Source of the DNA: Acidimicrobiales bacterium
GTDB lineage: Bacteria; Actinomycetota; Acidimicrobiia; Acidimicrobiales; UBA8592
Direction: 5' to 3'
Assembly (NCBI GenBank): GCA_029244605.1
Contig: JAQWQL010000110.1
Span: 674-64,673 of the forward strand
Length of the DNA stretch: 64,000 nt
Below are positions 58,566-64,000 of this stretch, piece after piece; position 1 is the first letter of the stretch, and every line of letters starts with the position of its first letter. Below the pieces are notes generated by a model. That model worked only from the letters and a program-made list of their open reading frames with translations. It was not told the DNA's origin and ran no database searches. The position numbers and the translations under genes were made by a program.

Positions 58566-59828
58566 TTAGCGTTCAGTTACAGAGACAGGAACGGTTTTGA
58601 ATCCTCGAAGCGTCATTCGTCCTCGTTGCTCTAATTCACCTGCTTGCTGAACTGAGGAAAATCTACGAATGAGGCCGGCGAACATTTCTTGACCTTCTGC
58701 TCTTGCTAGATTCGCCCCGAGACAATAATGGATTCCTGAAGCGAAGCTGAGGGGTGGTCCTTCATCACGACGAACGAGGAAACTGTCAGGATTAGTGAAT
58801 TTTTCTGGATCCCGATTTGCCGCCCCGATTAACGTAACAACGGATCTTCCTTGTTCGATCTTTATTCCAGAAATTTCTGTTGTCTCTAGAGCAGTTCTCC
58901 CATCAAGTTGTACCGGACTATCCCAACGAAGCATTTCTTCTACAGCGCTTGGAACTAAATCAGGATTATCCCAGAGAAGATGATACTCATCTGGGTTTTT
59001 GAATAGGGCTGCTAGTCCGTTACCTATAAGGTTCTGCGTGGTTTCCATACCCGCTGCGAATAAGAGAATCACGGTACTGACAACTTCATCTTCTGAGATA
59101 CGATCTCCGCTTTCCTCTACTTCAATGAGAGCAGAGATAAGGTCGTTTTGTGGATTCTGTTTCCTTTCGTGTAAAAGCTCGCGAAAGTATTCGCCCATTT
59201 CAGTAAATGCAGCGTGGGATGCTTGTAATTCTTCAAGTGTGGGACTGGCTTCGAGGTTTGCTACCCCATCGTTAACGAGCGGCCGGAAATAGTTCCAATC
59301 TGAACGTGGGACCCCAACAAGTTCACCAATTACATTCACAGGAAGGAATCCCAAAATTTCCATTGCGTCGCCCCCTCCTTCTCGCGCAAGTTCATCAAGG
59401 CATTCTTCGGTTAGTTCACGAATACTCATCCGCATGCTGTCTATGCGCCGAGGAGTGAATGCGCGATTCACTAAACCGCGCAAACGCGTATGGTCAGGCG
59501 GGTCGAGAAAAAGAAGTGACGGCGCGGTCCTAACCCGGGCCGCATTTACCTCTTCTCTAAATGCGACAACTTCTGGAGATTCCTCTCGAGGAAGCATTGA
59601 GCCTCCCGGACCTGATTGATCTCCTTTCCCAAATCGGTTATCGCGAAATACTCCATGACAATCATCAAATCGAGAAAGGAAGATTGCCCCATTGGAACTC
59701 TCGAAGATTGGCATGTTCTCGCGAAGTTTTTTATACCAAGGTGCGGGGTCAGCCACTCCTTCAGGTGTTAGAAAAAGGTTAAGTAGGTAATCGTCTCCGA
59801 TTTGCTGTTCTTCGGGTGTCGAAATCAT
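58566..59828 (-). CDS. Cytochrome P450
   Basis: DPPDHTRLR, AAGMETT, EEMLR and FASGIHYCLG motifs. Confidence 0.95.
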   Translation of the reverse strand: MISTPEEQQIGDDYLLNLFLTPEGVADPAPWYKKLRENMPIFESSNGAIFLSRFDDCHGVFRDNRFGKGDQSGPGGSMLPREESPEVVAFREEVNAARVRTAPSLLFLDPPDHTRLRGLVNRAFTPRRIDSMRMSIRELTEECLDELAREGGGDAMEILGFLPVNVIGELVGVPRSDWNYFRPLVNDGVANLEASPTLEELQASHAAFTEMGEYFRELLHERKQNPQNDLISALIEVEESGDRISEDEVVSTVILLFAAGMETTQNLIGNGLAALFKNPDEYHLLWDNPDLVPSAVEEMLRWDSPVQLDGRTALETTEISGIKIEQGRSVVTLIGAANRDPEKFTNPDSFLVRRDEGPPLSFASGIHYCLGANLARAEGQEMFAGLIRRFSSVQQAGELEQRGRMTLRGFKTVPVSVTER

Positions 59829-59889
59829 CTGGATCCAATTTCCTCTACGTCATTAGTGATCGTGGAATTAAGATCTATCATACAGTGGC

Positions 59890-60858
59890 ATGAGAAAACC
59901 GAAAGATACGCATTTTACTGATGGGGAAATAGCCCATTTTCTTCGAGGTATCTTTATGGGTTTGGCAGATGCCGTTCCTGGTGTTTCGGGTGGGACTATC
60001 GCTTTATTGCTAGGAGTCTACGACCGGCTTATTGAAAATATAGGGTCCCTTACAACCTGTCTCAATGATGTCCTCAAAAGAGAATTTCGCCAGTCATGGG
60101 TAAAGCTCCGGACCGTCGAATGGAGGTTTCTCTTTCCGCTTCTTTTAGGTGTATTTCTTGCCTTTGGCGTGCTGGCGCATTTTATTGAAAAGCTCCTAGA
60201 TAATTACCCTAAGCCGATGGCAGGGTTATTTTTTGGGCTAGTCGTAGTTTCGATACTTATCGGGTTAAGAATGGTTACTGAATGGAACTACCGAAGATTT
60301 GGCTACATGATTGCAGTCGGAACTGCTACTTTTCTTCTTCTCGCTTTGAGCTCAGGGCAGACACAAAACCCGTCGTTAATCAATTTCTTCATAGGAGGAC
60401 TAGTTGCTATTAGCGCTATGGTGCTTCCTGGTATTTCTGGATCTTTTTTGTTATTGACTATTGGCATGTATGCACCAGTGATCGAAGCAATTAATGACAG
60501 AGAAATGAGTGAATTGGTGGTATTCGGGTTAGGAGCCGTTATTTCTTTAGGGGTTTCTGTAAGAGCTCTCGGATGGGTCCTTAACCGCTATAGGGACTCT
60601 TTGCTGGCGTGCCTTATTGGATTAATGATCGGGAGTCTCCGTGTCTTATGGCCATGGCCAAATGGAGTCGGCGTAGTAAGTGAAAAAGAGGACGAAATTG
60701 TTAAGGGAACTGCGCTTGCCTGGCCAGAGCACTTTAATGACTTTCTCTGGCCGGTGCTTCTTGCTTTTTTAGGGTTTGCTCTTGTATCAGGTGTTCTTCG
60801 TTATGAACAAAAAAGCCAAGCAAGAGCGTCTACTCGTTCAGAGGAGAGTTCTTTCTAG
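59890..60858 (+). CDS. DUF368 family polyprenyl-phosphate translocase
   Basis: Twin VPGVSGGT / LPGISGS motifs. Confidence 0.88.
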   Translation: MRKPKDTHFTDGEIAHFLRGIFMGLADAVPGVSGGTIALLLGVYDRLIENIGSLTTCLNDVLKREFRQSWVKLRTVEWRFLFPLLLGVFLAFGVLAHFIEKLLDNYPKPMAGLFFGLVVVSILIGLRMVTEWNYRRFGYMIAVGTATFLLLALSSGQTQNPSLINFFIGGLVAISAMVLPGISGSFLLLTIGMYAPVIEAINDREMSELVVFGLGAVISLGVSVRALGWVLNRYRDSLLACLIGLMIGSLRVLWPWPNGVGVVSEKEDEIVKGTALAWPEHFNDFLWPVLLAFLGFALVSGVLRYEQKSQARASTRSEESSF

Positions 60859-61733
60859 TGAGCGTCCATCTATTGATAAATCCGGTAGCTGGCCGCGGGA
60901 AAGGGCAACGGCTTAATTCCTCTATCGTCGAGAGCGTTCGTTCACTTGACGGAGATGTAGACGTACTTTCCGCATCGTCGGTTGAAGAAGCTAAGTCACT
61001 TGTACAAAATATCGTCGATCGAGGTGCCAAAAGACTAATAGTCGCTGGAGGGGATGGGATCATTCATCTTGCGATTCAGGCTGTTGCCGGTTCATCAACT
61101 GCCTTAGGGATTATCCCTTCAGGTTCTGGAAATGATTTTGCCCGAGCTATCGGGCTCCCTATGGGGATCGAAGAAGCTACGGCTGTTGCCTTCTCTGAGC
61201 CATCAAAAACGGATTTGTTGAAAGTCGGTGACCAGTGGGTCGCTTCGGTTTTGACGTTCGGGTTTTCCGCTGATGTAAATACTCGAGCGGATAAGATGCG
61301 GCGCCCTAAAGGCCCAAGCCGTTATACTTTTGCAACTTTGTTTTGTCTTCCTAAGTTGCAAAATAGACGGTTGGAGCTTCAAGTGGATGATCGAAGGTAT
61401 GGCTTTGATCTGGTTTTAGGAACGGTGGCCAATACTAGTGATTTCGGGGGTGGAATGAAAATAGCTCCAGATGCTGACCCCATTGATGGAAATTCGAATC
61501 TTACATTAGTAGCCGATATTGGAAGAATCGAGTTATTACGTTTTTTCCGACGTGTATTTGATGGTTCACATCTACTTCATCCAAAAGTGCATACTTTAGA
61601 AGGAAAGAAAGTAGTGATTATTTCTGAAGGGTTCGACATATGGGGTGATGGAGAATTAATCGGGGTTTCTCCAATAAGAATTGATCTAGTTCCTCAGGCT
61701 CTTCTGCTTGCAACTGGTCAGGCTACGCTTTAA
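60858..61733 (+). CDS. Diacylglycerol/lipid kinase family protein (YegS/DgkB-like)
   Basis: NPVAGRG, AGGDG, PSGSGNDFAR and GGGMKIAP motifs. Confidence 0.9.
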   Translation: MSVHLLINPVAGRGKGQRLNSSIVESVRSLDGDVDVLSASSVEEAKSLVQNIVDRGAKRLIVAGGDGIIHLAIQAVAGSSTALGIIPSGSGNDFARAIGLPMGIEEATAVAFSEPSKTDLLKVGDQWVASVLTFGFSADVNTRADKMRRPKGPSRYTFATLFCLPKLQNRRLELQVDDRRYGFDLVLGTVANTSDFGGGMKIAPDADPIDGNSNLTLVADIGRIELLRFFRRVFDGSHLLHPKVHTLEGKKVVIISEGFDIWGDGELIGVSPIRIDLVPQALLLATGQATL

Positions 61734-61735
61734 GT

Positions 61736-62080
61736 ATGAAATTCTCAGAGACAGAGTGGGTATCCGCACTGAATGAAGCATTATCTGGTGTATTTCCTGA
61801 AGGGACTACTGATTCAATAGTTGTGCAATATGTTATTGAAGAAAGTTCTGGTGAGTTTTTTACTTATTATCTATCTCTTTTTGATGGCGAAGCCTCAATG
61901 CGAGAAGGAAAGGCAGAGCAGGCTAACATAACTTTTTCTTTGGCTGAGGAAACTGCGGTTCAGATCCAAGTGGAATCACTTAGCACTGAGGAAGCCTTTT
62001 TGAGAGGTCTCTTGACTGTGGATGGGGATGTGGAGTTACTACTGAAAGTTCATAGCCAGATAGAAGACTCCAAGGCTTGA
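61736..62080 (+). CDS. SCP2 sterol/lipid-binding domain protein
   Basis: FSETEW and AFLRGLLTVDGD motifs. Confidence 0.75.
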   Translation: MKFSETEWVSALNEALSGVFPEGTTDSIVVQYVIEESSGEFFTYYLSLFDGEASMREGKAEQANITFSLAEETAVQIQVESLSTEEAFLRGLLTVDGDVELLLKVHSQIEDSKA

Positions 62081-62097
62081 CCTTTTAATTTTGGGCG

Positions 62098-63087
62098 TTA
62101 GATTAAGCCTAACGAACTGACTGTTTCGCGTTCAGTTACCAGTTCTTCAGCTGACGCATCGATCTTTTGACGACTAAATTCATCAAGTTCTAAACCTTGT
62201 ACGATCTCGTAGGAACCATCACTGCAAATTACGGGGAATGATGAGATTACGCCCTCAGGAATGCCATAACTTCCATCAGAGGGAATTGCCATCGAAACCC
62301 AATCGCCCTCGGTGGTTCCTAATTCCCAGTCGCGCATATGATCAATTGCGGCGTTTGCTGCTGAAGCTGCTGAAGATGCACCGCGTGCTTTGATGATCGC
62401 TGCTCCTCGTTGTTGGACAGTTGGGATGAATTCATTCTCAAGCCACTCTTGGTCATTGATAGTTTCCGCAACCGATTTCCCTTCTACCTCGCAATGGAAA
62501 AGGTCAGGGTATTGGGTCGCTGAGTGGTTCCCCCATATAGTCATTTTTTTGACGGCTTCAATAGGAACTCCTAATTTTTCGGAAACTTGACTTTTTGCAC
62601 GGTTGTGGTCGAGTCGGGTCATTGCTGTGAATTGACTAGGATCGATTCCAGCGGCAGCGGATTGCGCAATGAGAGCGTTCGTGTTAGCTGGATTCCCAAC
62701 AACAAGAACTTTTATTGCCGAATTTGCGTTTTGAGATATTGCTCTACCTTGTGGGCCGAAAATACCTCCGTTAGCTTCTAGAAGATCTGCTCGTTCCATT
62801 CCGTCTTTCCTAGGCATAGCTCCGACAAGGAGAGCATAGTCACTCCCCTCGAACGCTACATTTGGGTCATCTGTTTTTGTGATTGACCCAAGTAGCGGAA
62901 AGGCACAATCATCTAGTTCCATCTGCACACCATCTAAAGCTCCTAGTGCTGGAGTTATTTCTAGTAATCGCAAATTAACTGGCTGTTCGGCGCCAAGCAT
63001 CTGGCCACTTGCAATCCTAAAGAGGAGTGCATAACCAATTTGGCCTGCTGCCCCTGTCACTGTCACATTTACGGCATCATTGTTCAC
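62098..63087 (-). CDS. mdh: Malate dehydrogenase
   Basis: [26 protein letters not shown] and [11 protein letters not shown] motifs. Confidence 0.95.
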   Translation of the reverse strand: MNNDAVNVTVTGAAGQIGYALLFRIASGQMLGAEQPVNLRLLEITPALGALDGVQMELDDCAFPLLGSITKTDDPNVAFEGSDYALLVGAMPRKDGMERADLLEANGGIFGPQGRAISQNANSAIKVLVVGNPANTNALIAQSAAAGIDPSQFTAMTRLDHNRAKSQVSEKLGVPIEAVKKMTIWGNHSATQYPDLFHCEVEGKSVAETINDQEWLENEFIPTVQQRGAAIIKARGASSAASAANAAIDHMRDWELGTTEGDWVSMAIPSDGSYGIPEGVISSFPVICSDGSYEIVQGLELDEFSRQKIDASAEELVTERETVSSLGLI

Positions 63088-63159
63088 AGAAGCCTCCTTG
63101 GTTCTCTTGTGAGATTAGCCAAGACTCTATGTATGTTGACCAGTTATGCAAGGAGTTGC

Positions 63160-64000
63160 TTATTTTTCTGATTGCGTATTTCCTAACCAGCTATCGAAAA
63201 GCGTCGCGTAGATTCCTTCATTGTTTACGAGTTCGGAATGATGGCCTGTTTCAACGATCGCTCCTTCGTTAAAAACGAGAATTAAATCTGACCTTTCAGC
63301 TGTACTTAACCGGTGTGCCACTGAGATAGTCGTCCGACCCTCTGAAAGTCGATCGAGAGCTGAAACGAGCGCTACTTCTGTCTCTGGATCTACTGCGCTT
63401 GTCGCTTCATCAAGAATGAGTAAGCCGGGGTTAGCTAATTGAGCTCGTGCGAGAGCTACAAGTTGGCGTTCTCCGACAGAAAGCCGTTCTCCTCTTGGCC
63501 CCACATGTGTATGTATCCCCTGTGGGAGTGTTTCAAGCCACCACTGAAGCCCCAAGGAATCAAATGCTTTTTCCACATCAGCATCGCTTGATCCGGGTCT
63601 GGCAAAAGCAACGTTATCAGTTATCGTTTCGTTAAAGAGAAACCCATCCTGAGGAACCATTTGAATGGTTGTGTGCCTGGATTCAGTTTCCACGTCGTGA
63701 AGAGCAAATCCTCCAATAGTTATTGTGCCTTCAGTTGGGTCAGCTAAACGAGTCAGAAGTTTCACAAAGGTTGTCTTCCCTGAACCTGTCGCACCGACCA
63801 CCGCTACGTTAATCCCAGCAGGTATTACACAATTGATATTTTTGAGAACATTTCCGCCTGTCCTGTAGTTGAAATACAGATCGTTTACTTCGATGGGTAA
63901 TGCCCCATTTGGGAGTGTTATCCCGTTTGTAGGTTCTTCTACTTCGATAGGGATATCAAGGACAGATAGCACTTTCCACCATCCGGCAAGCGCTGTCTGT
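63160..64000 (-). CDS. ABC exporter ATP-binding protein (C-terminal part; 5' end beyond the window)
   Basis: GATGSGKT, LSVGERQ, LILDEATS and AHRLST motifs. Confidence 0.9.
   Translation of the reverse strand, partial: QTALAGWWKVLSVLDIPIEVEEPTNGITLPNGALPIEVNDLYFNYRTGGNVLKNINCVIPAGINVAVVGATGSGKTTFVKLLTRLADPTEGTITIGGFALHDVETESRHTTIQMVPQDGFLFNETITDNVAFARPGSSDADVEKAFDSLGLQWWLETLPQGIHTHVGPRGERLSVGERQLVALARAQLANPGLLILDEATSAVDPETEVALVSALDRLSEGRTTISVAHRLSTAERSDLILVFNEGAIVETGHHSELVNNEGIYATLFDSWLGNTQSEK

Overview
Chromosomal segment of an actinobacterium, most plausibly a streamlined aquatic or marine Acidimicrobiia member. This is inferred from two WhiB genes, PAC2, UPF0182, a TIGR03084 protein, an Rv0958/Rv0959-like AAA/vWA pair, MreB, a Na+/Pi symporter, very short intergenic spaces and many apparently leaderless genes. 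Bases 1-16.7 kb are a surface-glycan island ending at the 3' end of an initiator tRNA-Met. It holds Bordetella WbmF- and WbmG/H-like SDR enzymes, two AsnB-type amidotransferases, several glycosyltransferases, a GT-pyruvyltransferase fusion and a 1047-aa double-GT protein with a repeat-built coiled coil. Bases 16.8-27.4 kb are a compositionally skewed block with a PEP-utilising phosphotransferase-like gene and acyclic-terpene (Atu-like) catabolism genes. The rest is mostly core genome (UPF0182/PDZ-Lon/zincin cluster, orphan mreB, moaE, nptA-phoU, whiB pair, sdhCAB, P450, DUF368 operon, mdh). The most striking unannotated element is a ~245-nt intergenic sequence (48611-48855) that folds by hand on the + strand into a long G-U-rich rod with an asymmetric AU-rich bubble and a GAAA-capped branched apex, i.e. 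a 6S/Ms1-like ncRNA candidate. No CRISPR array, rRNA, integrase or transposase was seen. Family assignments come from motif recognition and recalled sequences, not database searches.
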